DNA of 64,000 bases from a bacterium (GTDB taxonomy: Bacteria; Patescibacteriota; JABMPQ01; JBDRIV01). The stretch is from NCBI GenBank assembly GCA_043815505.1, contig JBDRIV010000002.1, positions 116,784 to 180,783 of the forward strand, in the 5' to 3' direction. This document shows, one piece after another, positions 10,807-20,232 of the stretch (position 1 is the first letter of the stretch; every line of letters begins with the position of its first letter). The notes below the pieces were generated by a model. It had not been told where the DNA came from. It worked only from the letters and a program-made list of their open reading frames with translations, and did not search any database. Made by a program: the position numbers and the translations under genes.

Positions 10807-11403
10807 CTAATTGTTAACAGATTTTTGGTATTTATTAAGGGGTTTATAGCTAAATCGATGAAAGGCCAGAGCGCCGTGTTTTTCTAGGGCTAATTGGTGT
10901 TCTTTTGTACCATAACCTTTATGATTTTTAAATCCGTAATGAGAATATTTATCCTCATAATTCAATATATAGTAATCCCGGAAAACCTTGGCAATTATTG
11001 AGGCGGCTGAAATTTCCTTTATTTTAGAATCACCACCAATAATGAATTCAAAATTTATTTTTGGATAGGTAATTTCCTTTATTTGTCTGCCATCAAAAAG
11101 CACACTATTTGGCTTAATAGAAAGCCTTTCAAGTGTTCTTCTAACTGCCAAGAAATAAGCTGTGTTTAAACCATATTTATCAATTTCGTATGCTTCTGCT
11201 ATTCCAATTGACCAATCATGAGCTGAAGCGACTATTCTGTCAAAAAGTTGTTCTCGCTTTCTGATTGAAAGAACTTTTGAATCAGTAATTCCAGAAATAT
11301 TTTTGTCTTTTAAAATAACACAACCAATAACCAGTGGCCCCGCCCAGGATCCTCTGCCAGCCTCATCCATACCGGCTATAAGTTTTGAATTTGAATTTTT
11401 CAT
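10807..11403 (-). CDS. rnhB: ribonuclease HII
   Basis: GMDEAGRG, DSK, GD...ISAASIIAK, HKGYGT. Confidence 0.96.
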   Translation of the reverse strand: MKNSNSKLIAGMDEAGRGSWAGPLVIGCVILKDKNISGITDSKVLSIRKREQLFDRIVASAHDWSIGIAEAYEIDKYGLNTAYFLAVRRTLERLSIKPNSVLFDGRQIKEITYPKINFEFIIGGDSKIKEISAASIIAKVFRDYYILNYEDKYSHYGFKNHKGYGTKEHQLALEKHGALAFHRFSYKPLNKYQKSVNN

Positions 11404-11445
11404 AGTTTAATTTTATCATAAAAAACACAAATAAATGTGTTTTTT

Positions 11446-11521
11446 TGGTGGACCCAAGCGGGATCGAACCGCTGACCTCTCCCATGCCATGGGAGCGCTC
11501 TACCAGCTGAGCTATGGGCCC
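11446..11521 (-). tRNA. tRNA-Ala(GGC)
   Basis: full cloverleaf on minus strand, CTCCC-ATGGCAT-GGGAG anticodon arm, encoded CCA. Confidence 0.95.
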
Positions 11522-11735
11522 ACGTCGGAGTAATGCTCCTGCATTTGTAAATCCACTGTTGCGAATTTACTTCAACATACGCATTTCTTCTCTTTTCAGT
11601 CGAAATTCGTGATCGTCCCGCTTAGCGGGACTCTAATCCTAATTTCGAGTGTGTCTTTTTTATCTCTAATTATCTACGTGTTCGTACCACAAAGCGGTAA
11701 AACGTTTTTGAACTAATTAGCATTATCGACTGAAA
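11522..11735 (-). repeat. modular structured leader upstream of tRNA-Ala
   Basis: cactcgaaattagga-hairpin-cacgaatttcgactga unit and ...tccgacg end, homologous to 47500-47795. Confidence 0.7.
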
Positions 11736-11769
11736 TTATTTATATACTAAAATATTGTGCAAGTCAATA

Positions 11770-11843
11770 TGCCCCCGGCAGGAGTCGAACCTGCGATATC
11801 CACGTTAGGAGTGTGGTGCTCTATCCAGCTGAGCTACGGGGGC
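11770..11843 (-). tRNA. tRNA-Arg(CCT)
   Basis: cloverleaf, loop CTCCTAA, GGTTCGACTCC T-arm. Confidence 0.92.
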
Positions 11844-11894
11844 TAGCTATAACTCATTGTATGAGAGAATGCTATTGTTGTAAATGAAATTATA

Positions 11895-13331
11895 GTGATA
11901 GAATTAAATTATATGGAACAAGCAGTAAACAATCTCTTGAAATTGAGTCTTTTTGTACTAGGAACAACAGCCTGGTTTTCACGCAGGCATATTTTTAATC
12001 TTGAAGATAATTTAGTAAATGGAAGATTTGTTGAATGGCTTAATGTCGCTTTATATTATGCTGATATACTAATAATAGTCATCGTCATATTGTATTTATT
12101 TAAGACACTATTCGAGCACAATAAGGTAGTTTGGCAAAATGCTATAATCTGGTCAGCTATAATTCTAATCTTATATATATGCTACCAGAATTATAATAGC
12201 GACCATAATAACATATATAGTAGTACAAAGATAATATTCTATATAATCTTCCTTTTTACTTTAATAAATGTTTCACGTGAAACAAAAAATAGGAAGGCAA
12301 TTATTTGGGGCATAATTTTTGGTGCTTTATTACAATCAATAATTGGAATTTTACAATTTGCTAACCAGTCTTCAATGAATCTTTGGATAATTGGTGAGCA
12401 AGCATTATCAACTGAAATACAAAATGTTGCAGAGATAGGAATTGATGGAATATACTATTTACGATCTTATGGGACACTTCTACATCCAAATGTATTAGGT
12501 GGATTATTGGTAGTATCAATCATATACTTGCTAACATGTTTTATGAAAGATAATGTTTCACGTGAAACAAATTTGAAAGATAATGTTTCACGTGAAACAA
12601 TGTGGAATAAAATAATGTTTCACGTGAAACAAAATAAATCAATTTTGATACTAATTTACGGAATTCTTTTTAGTTCACTTATATTTACCTTTTCGAGATC
12701 AGCGTGGTTAGCATTGCTATTAACAACAGCTATTTATACCTTTACTGTTGCAATAAATAGAAAAATGTTTCACGTGAAACATTTGATATATGTTGCGGTA
12801 ATATCTTTTATATTATTAATATTACTAAACAATTTTGTTTTCACTCGACTGGAACAAAATATTAACATTACAGAAAATGAAAGCGTAAGAGTAAATGATA
12901 TTCAAAAATTTAGTGATGGATTTAAGAATAATGTTTGGTTCGGTACCGGATTTGGAAATTACATAGAAAAACTAAGCTCTAATAATCCAGAGATGGAATG
13001 GTGGAAGCTTCAACCAATTCACAACTCATATTTGCTTATTATAGTTGAAATGGGAATAATTGGTTCTATAATAGTATTCGGACTTCTAATATCAATATTT
13101 CTTATAACGTTAATTGTTTCACGTGAAACAATTAGTAATAAAAATGTTTCACGTGAAACATATACAAGAAATATTCTAAATTTATTACCCTTACTAGCAT
13201 TATTAGTAATAATGATTTTTGATCATTATCCGTGGTCATTAGATCAGGGTAATATCTTATTATTTATTGTGATAGCCTTATCAATTACCAGAAATTACAA
13301 GGAACTTGACAATAAGCTTAATAATATGTAA
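11895..13331 (+). CDS. O-antigen ligase/Wzy_C-like polytopic membrane protein carrying parS sites
   Basis: RSYGTLLHPNVLGG, TFSRSAW, GTGFGN, HNSYLL..E motifs; about 12 TM segments. Confidence 0.85.
   Translation: MIELNYMEQAVNNLLKLSLFVLGTTAWFSRRHIFNLEDNLVNGRFVEWLNVALYYADILIIVIVILYLFKTLFEHNKVVWQNAIIWSAIILILYICYQNYNSDHNNIYSSTKIIFYIIFLFTLINVSRETKNRKAIIWGIIFGALLQSIIGILQFANQSSMNLWIIGEQALSTEIQNVAEIGIDGIYYLRSYGTLLHPNVLGGLLVVSIIYLLTCFMKDNVSRETNLKDNVSRETMWNKIMFHVKQNKSILILIYGILFSSLIFTFSRSAWLALLLTTAIYTFTVAINRKMFHVKHLIYVAVISFILLILLNNFVFTRLEQNINITENESVRVNDIQKFSDGFKNNVWFGTGFGNYIEKLSSNNPEMEWWKLQPIHNSYLLIIVEMGIIGSIIVFGLLISIFLITLIVSRETISNKNVSRETYTRNILNLLPLLALLVIMIFDHYPWSLDQGNILLFIVIALSITRNYKELDNKLNNM
12269..13160. 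promoter_or_regulatory. cluster of 7 perfect parS sites TGTTTCACGTGAAACA (12269, 12554, 12584, 12616, 12766, 13115, 13145)
   Basis: exact match to the widely conserved 16-bp chromosomal ParB-binding palindrome. Confidence 0.93.
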
Positions 13332-13375
13332 AGTCCATTAATGACATACCACGTCATTTTTGTTATTATGTCAAT

Positions 13376-16069
13376 ATGATTATAGAAATCCCCTACAATT
13401 TAAAGAAGGAAGATGTCCTTAAAAAGTTAGGATCAAGTTTTAATAGTGGTTTAAAAAATAATCAGGTCGTTGAAAGAAGAAAAAAATATAGTTCTAATAT
13501 GTTGCCTGAAGAAAAAAAGAAATCAAAACTGATTCTATTTTTGGGCCAGTTCAATAATATTTTTACGTACTTTCTTTTTGGAGCGGCCCTAGTTTCATTT
13601 TGGTTGGGTGAAAAACTGGACGTAGCTGTTATATTGGCAGTAGTATTTATAAATGTAATAATAGGATATTTTCAGGAAAACAAAGCACGAGAAACAATTA
13701 AGGAATTAAAAAAGATAATTAGAATAAAAGCCAAAGTTGTAAGAGAAGCAATTGTATCGGAAATTGATGCCGAAGATTTAGTACCAGGAGATTTAATTTT
13801 ATTAGATGCGGGAGACAAGGTGCCGGCTGACATAAGATTGATAAAAACAAATAACTTTCAGACCAAGGAACACGTGTTAACAGGAGAATCAAATCCAATT
13901 AACAAAAATGAAGAAGAGGTTTTAGAAAAGCAAACTCCTCTCGGTGACAGAATTAACATGGCTTATACAGGAACGGTAGTTACAAGTGGATCGGCTAAAG
14001 CAGTCGTTGTTGCAACCGGAAAATATACCGAGTTTGGAAAAATAGCTACGCTTGTAAAAGAGGCTGAGGAAGAACAAACGCCACTTAAAAGAAGAATTTC
14101 TAAAATGTCATATTGGTTAGGAGGAATTGCCCTTATTGCTTGTCTAATAATATTTCTAATTGGAGTTGTAATGGGTAGATCGGTGGGAGAGATGTTTATT
14201 TTTGCTGTTACCATTGCGGTGTCGGCAATACCTGAGGGCATGGTGGTAATGGTTACAATTATATTAACCATTGGCATGAGAAGAATTTTGAAAAGGCAGG
14301 CAGTGGTTAGAGAATTAATTGCCGCCGAAACTTTGGGAAGTACCACTGTAATTTGTACAGACAAAACAGGCACCATTACAACCGGAGAAATGGAAGCTGA
14401 AATTATTGACACGATAACTGAAGAATATAAGGTCACAGACCTATCCCCTTTAGTTAGCCAAGATGTAGCTCTGACCAATGTGATGTTAAGTTCTGTTTTA
14501 TGCAATGACGCAAAAATAGAAAATCCTAAAGAGGAACCTACGAGCTGGAATTTAATTGGTGAAGCCACAGACGTAGCGTTAATAGAAATGGCCAGTCGCG
14601 CCGGCGTTTATAAAAACGAATTGGAAAATAAATATTTGCGTCGTGACATTGTGCCCTTTGATTCGGATGTGAAATACATGGCCACTCTAAATTGCTCAGA
14701 AGAAAATAAGGAGTGTAAAATATTTGTAAAAGGAAGTGTTGAGGTTTTGCTAAAATATTCTCACTATGTTTATCAGGATGATCGCCGCCAGATTTTAGAT
14801 GGAAAAACAGCTGATAAAATTATAAAAGAAGTTAACGAGCTGAGTGGAAAAGGATATCGCGTTATTGGGACGGCTTATAAAACAGTGTCCACTGACGATA
14901 ATATTAACTTAGAAAAAGAATCTAGACGTAATTTAATTTTCACAGGTTTTATTGGAATCAGAGATCCGATTCGTCCGCAAATTAAAAATGTTATAAAGAA
15001 AACCCTAAGTGCTGGTATTAAAATTAAAATGATAACAGGTGATCACAAACTAACCGCTCTCTCTATTGCTGAAGATATTGGTTTAGATGTAAAGTCAGAC
15101 GAAGTGATTACCGGTGAAGAATTTGAAACTTTGTCTACAACTGATTTGGAAAGTTTGGTACCGCGAGCAAAAATATTTGCTCGCGTTACTCCCAAACATA
15201 AATTACAAATTGTAGATATTTTACAGCGCGCAGGAGAAATTGTGGCCATGACAGGTGATGGAGTTAATGACACGCCGGCTTTAAAAGCGGCTGACATTGG
15301 TGTGGCGATGGGTTCTGGTTCCGAGGTGGCCAAAGAAACTTCCGATATAATTTTGCTTGATAATAATTTTAAAACCATTTCCGCCGCCGTCGAGGAAGGT
15401 AGATTAATTTTTGATAATTTAAAAAAGAATATTTTATATTTGTTGTCCGATTCATTAAGTGAAATTATTTTAGTTTTGAGTACTTTGCTTTTAGCATTGC
15501 CGGTACCAATTCTACCGGCTCAAATTCTGTGGATAAATTTAGTTGCTGATGGAGCACCTGGAGTGGCCTTGGCCTTTGAGCCAGCCGATAAAGATATTAT
15601 GAATAGAAAACCACAAGAGAAGGATTCTCCAATAGTTACCTTTGAAATGAAGCTTTTAATTATAGTTATTGGCTTAATTACGGGATTTGGTGTATTGGGA
15701 ATATTTTGGTGGTTGCTCAAAGATGGCTATAGCATTGAACATGCGCGAACAGTGGCATTTACGGCTCTTAGTATAGACTCACTTATATATGTATTTAGTT
15801 GTCGAACTTTAAGATATTCCATATTTCAGAAGAATATGTTCTCTAATAAGTATTTAATTTGGACAGTTCTTGGTGGTATTGGCTTACAATTTTTGGCCGT
15901 TTATCTTCCTCAGTTTCAGGCTGTTTTTCATACCGTGCCATTAAATTTATTGGATTGGGGCATAATAGCTGCTGTAGCGGTTGTAGTAATTCTCTCGATT
16001 GAAATCATCAAACACTATTTTATTATAAAAAAAACAGAGTCTTTACCAGCGACTTCTGATGCGGTATAA
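13376..16069 (+). CDS. cation-transporting P-type ATPase (type IIA, Ca2+-like)
   Basis: TGES, PEG, DKTGT, TGD, GDGVND motifs. Confidence 0.95.
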   Translation: MIIEIPYNLKKEDVLKKLGSSFNSGLKNNQVVERRKKYSSNMLPEEKKKSKLILFLGQFNNIFTYFLFGAALVSFWLGEKLDVAVILAVVFINVIIGYFQENKARETIKELKKIIRIKAKVVREAIVSEIDAEDLVPGDLILLDAGDKVPADIRLIKTNNFQTKEHVLTGESNPINKNEEEVLEKQTPLGDRINMAYTGTVVTSGSAKAVVVATGKYTEFGKIATLVKEAEEEQTPLKRRISKMSYWLGGIALIACLIIFLIGVVMGRSVGEMFIFAVTIAVSAIPEGMVVMVTIILTIGMRRILKRQAVVRELIAAETLGSTTVICTDKTGTITTGEMEAEIIDTITEEYKVTDLSPLVSQDVALTNVMLSSVLCNDAKIENPKEEPTSWNLIGEATDVALIEMASRAGVYKNELENKYLRRDIVPFDSDVKYMATLNCSEENKECKIFVKGSVEVLLKYSHYVYQDDRRQILDGKTADKIIKEVNELSGKGYRVIGTAYKTVSTDDNINLEKESRRNLIFTGFIGIRDPIRPQIKNVIKKTLSAGIKIKMITGDHKLTALSIAEDIGLDVKSDEVITGEEFETLSTTDLESLVPRAKIFARVTPKHKLQIVDILQRAGEIVAMTGDGVNDTPALKAADIGVAMGSGSEVAKETSDIILLDNNFKTISAAVEEGRLIFDNLKKNILYLLSDSLSEIILVLSTLLLALPVPILPAQILWINLVADGAPGVALAFEPADKDIMNRKPQEKDSPIVTFEMKLLIIVIGLITGFGVLGIFWWLLKDGYSIEHARTVAFTALSIDSLIYVFSCRTLRYSIFQKNMFSNKYLIWTVLGGIGLQFLAVYLPQFQAVFHTVPLNLLDWGIIAAVAVVVILSIEIIKHYFIIKKTESLPATSDAV

Positions 16070-16091
16070 TTCAGACAGATGAATTAACATT

Positions 16092-16589
16092 ATGAATCAA
16101 ACGATTTTAATTTATATCGCTTTAGGTGTAGGAGTAATAGTTTTACTATGGCAAGTTTATTTGACCATAGTTTTATTTAGGTACCAAGGGCAAAGAAAAA
16201 ATTTAATAGCTGGAGTTAAGGGTGAAGGAGTTGAAAAATATTTGGAAAAACAAGCGAAAGATATTAGAAAAGCTCAAGCCGGAGTGGGAGATTTACAGGA
16301 TGTGGGTAAGCGACTTAGTCGTGTGGTTAGTCGTAGTGTTACCAAGGTGGGAGTAATTAGATTCAATCCTTTTGGTGATACTGGCGGTAATCAAAGTTTT
16401 GCTGTGGCTTTTTTGGATTCTAAGAATAATGGTGTGGTGTTGTCCAGTTTATATGGACGTGATGGCACTAGAATTTATTGTAAAGAAATTCGCGGTGGAA
16501 TTTCTGAACATCCTTTATCTGAAGAAGAACAAAATTGCATTATGCAAGCTCAACAAAATTCAACTAACAAAGAAGAATCTAATTCTTAA
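16092..16589 (+). CDS. DUF4446-like membrane-anchored protein
   Basis: N-terminal TM; KVGVIRFNPF.DTGGNQSF...LD..NNG motif. Confidence 0.8.
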   Translation: MNQTILIYIALGVGVIVLLWQVYLTIVLFRYQGQRKNLIAGVKGEGVEKYLEKQAKDIRKAQAGVGDLQDVGKRLSRVVSRSVTKVGVIRFNPFGDTGGNQSFAVAFLDSKNNGVVLSSLYGRDGTRIYCKEIRGGISEHPLSEEEQNCIMQAQQNSTNKEESNS

Positions 16590-16600
16590 ATAACATTATT

Positions 16601-17047
16601 ATGGCTATGTTCAATAATCAAAACGAAGAAGATCAAAACACAACCAAAACAGAAGAAAGCAACGAAACAGTTGTTGGTAATTCTGTAAAATTAGAAGGAG
16701 AATTTGCTAGCCAAGGCAATATAACTATTCATGGTGAAGTAGTAGGAAAAGTCGTTACCGAACGAGAAGTTCATATTGGTGACACAGCAGTTGTTAAGGC
16801 TGATGTTGAAGCGGAAAATATTTTTGTGTCAGGAAAAGTAAATGGTAATTTGCATGCTCGCGATCGTTTAGAAATAAAAAACACCGGTAAGGTAAAAGGT
16901 GATATTCAAGCCAAAAACTTAACCATTTCTTCAGGTGCAGTCTTTTCTGGTAACTGTTCAATGGAAAAAGAAGTTGAGAAAAAAGAAGTAAAAGAAGCAA
17001 AAGTTACAGACAAAGTTAAGGCTAAAGAAAATCAGCCGGTTGCTTAA
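16601..17047 (+). CDS. bactofilin (polymer-forming cytoskeletal protein)
   Basis: ETVVG...LEG, G.V.G.V beta-helix repeats, GAVFSGNCSM. Confidence 0.92.
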   Translation: MAMFNNQNEEDQNTTKTEESNETVVGNSVKLEGEFASQGNITIHGEVVGKVVTEREVHIGDTAVVKADVEAENIFVSGKVNGNLHARDRLEIKNTGKVKGDIQAKNLTISSGAVFSGNCSMEKEVEKKEVKEAKVTDKVKAKENQPVA

Positions 17048-17083
17048 TAAACCGTTTTAAAATATTAAATATTTAAAACGGCA

Positions 17084-17944
17084 ATGTATTTTTTCATCTA
17101 CGAAAATATTGGCAACAAAAGAAAGTTTCGTAAAGAAGCTGATAGAATCCAATTACAGCTGGCTAATTTTGGAATTGCTGATGAACATACCGAAAGCACT
17201 CCCTTACGTCCTATTAACGAAATCGTTAAAGATGCGCTGAAACGCAATATGAGTAATATTATTATGGTTGGGAGTGATAAGGCGGCGCATATAACAATAA
17301 ATGAGATGGCAAAAAGTAAAACGCCGTCTTGTTTTGGTTTTATCCCCATGGATACCGATAGTAACATTGCCAAAGTACTTGGTATGTCCCATGGTCATAA
17401 AGCTTGTCAGGATATTGCTAAAAGAAAAATTAAAGATGTGGATCTAGGAAAAGTGGGACAAGAGTATTTTTTAACTACCCTAAGGCTGAATGCGGGTGAA
17501 GAAGAAACAGAAATTAGGGGAATGTTTAACAGAAAAGCAATGCCGTTGCCAAAATCTTGTACTATTAAAGTCCCTTTCAAAAAACAAGCGATTATGACCA
17601 TTCCACTGCGCGAAGCCATGGTGGTCAATATTTCGCCTTATCACAAAGCAGGAGAATTAAAAATTGCTTCCGAGCAATCAGCAAAAATAAATCCTACTGA
17701 CGGTCGTCTAGATTTCTTTTTCTTGCCTTCTGGGGAAAATGATCCCGATGTTTTTAAAGAATTTCGTCAAGGAAGTTTTACGAGTACAAATATTTCCTAT
17801 TTTAATCGGGAAACTTTAAATATAAATACCAACGACAAAGTTCAGCTAGTAGCAGACGGTACAAAAATAAAACAGTTTCCAATTAATATAGAAACTGTTA
17901 CAGGTGCCTTACGTGTAATCGTTGGCTCTAATCGGATGTTTTAA
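17084..17944 (+). CDS. diacylglycerol kinase family protein (divergent)
   Basis: MVGSD, GFIP, N.IAK.LG, DLG, DGRLD, ADG motifs. Confidence 0.75.
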   Translation: MYFFIYENIGNKRKFRKEADRIQLQLANFGIADEHTESTPLRPINEIVKDALKRNMSNIIMVGSDKAAHITINEMAKSKTPSCFGFIPMDTDSNIAKVLGMSHGHKACQDIAKRKIKDVDLGKVGQEYFLTTLRLNAGEEETEIRGMFNRKAMPLPKSCTIKVPFKKQAIMTIPLREAMVVNISPYHKAGELKIASEQSAKINPTDGRLDFFFLPSGENDPDVFKEFRQGSFTSTNISYFNRETLNINTNDKVQLVADGTKIKQFPINIETVTGALRVIVGSNRMF

Positions 17945-17975
17945 ACTCGTTCTTTTTATTTTTTGGAGGAGAAAA

Positions 17976-18287
17976 ATGACTTCTTTATCATCCTTTTTCA
18001 TGTTAAAAAGACCTAAATGTGCAGCTTTTTTAAGCAGAAAACCACGAAAATGTGAAATACTACCTGGGTCAAAACGATCATCACTAGATAACCCACAGTT
18101 CACAGGGATGTTTACAGATGAGCCCCCCCTTAATTTTCTTTGTCGAGATATTATGTGGATACACAGTGAATTGATCTCGGATCCAAGAAAATATTTTGAG
18201 GATATAGGTAAGGGTATGAAAGAAAGTGACTTTTGTTTAGATTCATGTAGATCTTTAAGGCACAGTACTGGTGAAGATGGTTATTAG
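17976..18287 (+). CDS. hypothetical ORFan protein
   Basis: GGAGG SD before ATG 17976; boxA-like leader. Confidence 0.5.
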   Translation: MTSLSSFFMLKRPKCAAFLSRKPRKCEILPGSKRSSLDNPQFTGMFTDEPPLNFLCRDIMWIHSELISDPRKYFEDIGKGMKESDFCLDSCRSLRHSTGEDGY

Positions 18288-18307
18288 TTCTATTCAAAAA
18301 TTATCAT

Positions 18308-19156
18308 TTAGGCCTGCAAACGCGGGTCTTTTTTTATCCTAATATATTTCCTGGTCAAAGATTCCCATTCTGGCCAAGTGAGAGTTTCTGCTCGGCGCGT
18401 TTTATCAATTGCGCTAATTTTTAATAGTTGGATAATTTTATCTTTTTCCCATTTTAATCCCGACTCCAAATTGTTGTGAATCTGTTTACGTTTAGCAGCA
18501 AAAGCAATTTTAGCTAGATGGAAAAAATCTGCAATTAAAGTTTCTGCAATTAGTGGTGTTTGACGCAGTTTTAGTAAAATTACAGCTGAATCAACTTTAG
18601 GGGCGGGATAAAATGCTTCACTTGGCACAACAGAAATTATTTTTGTCTCAGCGTAAAGTTGAACTGAGAGTGTTAGCAAACTAACATTAGGAGCTTCAGC
18701 AGTAAGTCGGTCGGCAATTTCCTTTTGGACTAAAAACGCCATTAATTCCGGTCGGGTTTTATTTTCTAAAAAGAATTTGAAAAGATGCGAAGTTAAATAG
18801 TAAGGAATATTGGCGACAACTTTATATTTATTATTTTCAAAATATTTGGCTAAATCAAGCCGTAAAATATCTGCTTTAAGAATCTCAATATTTTCTTGTT
18901 GATATTTATTTTGCAAATAGGAAATTAATTTATCATCAACTTCACAAGCTAAAACTTTTCTTGCTTGCTCAACTAGTTTTTCGGTTAAAGCGCCCAGCCC
19001 AGGGCCAATTTCTAAAACCTTATCTTTTTTGGAAAGGGAAGCTGCTCCAACTAAATCGCTAACAACTTTATCGGAAATTAAAAAATGCTGACCTCGTTTT
19101 TTTAGAGGCGCAGTATCAAGTGATTTTATAATTTGTTTCAATTTCTCTTTATTCAT
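18308..19156 (-). CDS. rsmA: 16S rRNA dimethyladenosine transferase
   Basis: GQHFL, EIGPGLG, ANIPY, PAPKVDS. Confidence 0.97.
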   Translation of the reverse strand: MNKEKLKQIIKSLDTAPLKKRGQHFLISDKVVSDLVGAASLSKKDKVLEIGPGLGALTEKLVEQARKVLACEVDDKLISYLQNKYQQENIEILKADILRLDLAKYFENNKYKVVANIPYYLTSHLFKFFLENKTRPELMAFLVQKEIADRLTAEAPNVSLLTLSVQLYAETKIISVVPSEAFYPAPKVDSAVILLKLRQTPLIAETLIADFFHLAKIAFAAKRKQIHNNLESGLKWEKDKIIQLLKISAIDKTRRAETLTWPEWESLTRKYIRIKKDPRLQA

Positions 19157-19164
19157 AAAATATT

Positions 19165-20211
19165 TTATAAAACTCTTTGGTACATATAGTCTGCCAACTC
19201 AACATAGAAGTCTTGGCTGTTTTTGGTAAAGTTTGATTTCTTAATAATCTCTCTGGCTTCACCTGTAATTTGGGCAATACTTGAAGTCATCTGTTTATCA
19301 ATATTTTTTGCCTTAGCCAAAGTTGTTACTTTGACCATTTTTTCACGTGAAACATTAGCTTGGCCAAAATCACTCATATCCTTTTTATCCAGTTCTGAAA
19401 ATAAAACTTTAACCAAGGGCGTTAATTTGCCTTCTTTAAAATCAGAGCCTACTGGTTTACCAAGAGTTTTTTCGTCACCAAAAAATCCTAACAGATCATC
19501 TTGCATTTGAAATGCTTCACCAATGAGAGTGGCATAACTGGCCAGGATTTCTAGGTTTGTTTTTTCGGTACGTGCCAAAATTGCTCCCGAAATTATGGGG
19601 CTAAGAGTTGTATAGCCAGTAGTTTTAAGTTTCACAATTGTTTCAGTGGGAACATTAGTTAAATTCTTTTCGTTTGAATAATGAATATCAATAAATTGAC
19701 CGATGCCGGTATCAAACAAACGATTTTGAATATAAGTTAAAGCCGGAACTTTTATTTCGTCTTCAAAATCACAATTTAAAATTACTGACATGGCCAGATG
19801 AGAAAGAAGGTCACCGGCCAGTAAGGCTACTTTGTAACCGTATTGCTTAGCTCTTTTTTCCTCGTAAACCACGTGAACTGTTTTTTCGCCGCGCCTTATT
19901 TCATCTAAATCAATTATATCGTCGTGAATTAAAAGGGCGGCGTGAGCCAGTTCTAAACCGGCGGCAAAATCTAAAATAGCTTTTTTATTTTCACCACCAA
20001 AAAATTCATAAGTGGCAATTAAAAGAGAGGCCCGAAAGCGTTTGCCGCCTCTGCTTACCAAATTGCAAGCTTCAGCAAACAAATCTTTCACATTTTCGTC
20101 ATAAGAATCATAGGTTTTTGAAGCTTCATTTATAATGCTGTTCAAATGGGAATTAACCAAATTCTGGTGTTTGGTTAAGGTTGTTTGAAAAATGTTTTTG
20201 CTACTCATCAT
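19165..20211 (-). CDS. polyprenyl diphosphate synthase
   Basis: GGKRFR, LIHDDIID..RRG (FARM), FQMQDD (SARM), GKP.GSD..EGK. Confidence 0.93.
   Translation of the reverse strand: MMSSKNIFQTTLTKHQNLVNSHLNSIINEASKTYDSYDENVKDLFAEACNLVSRGGKRFRASLLIATYEFFGGENKKAILDFAAGLELAHAALLIHDDIIDLDEIRRGEKTVHVVYEEKRAKQYGYKVALLAGDLLSHLAMSVILNCDFEDEIKVPALTYIQNRLFDTGIGQFIDIHYSNEKNLTNVPTETIVKLKTTGYTTLSPIISGAILARTEKTNLEILASYATLIGEAFQMQDDLLGFFGDEKTLGKPVGSDFKEGKLTPLVKVLFSELDKKDMSDFGQANVSREKMVKVTTLAKAKNIDKQMTSSIAQITGEAREIIKKSNFTKNSQDFYVELADYMYQRVL
19339..19354. promoter_or_regulatory. parS-like site (1 mismatch)
   Basis: TTTTTCACGTGAAACA. Confidence 0.6.
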
Positions 20212-20232
20212 AAATTCTAGTAGAATAAGATT

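Noticed and set aside
13963-14568. 201-aa antisense ORF and similar short overlapping ORFs in the track
   Set aside because: They lie opposite well-supported genes and are explained by codon bias
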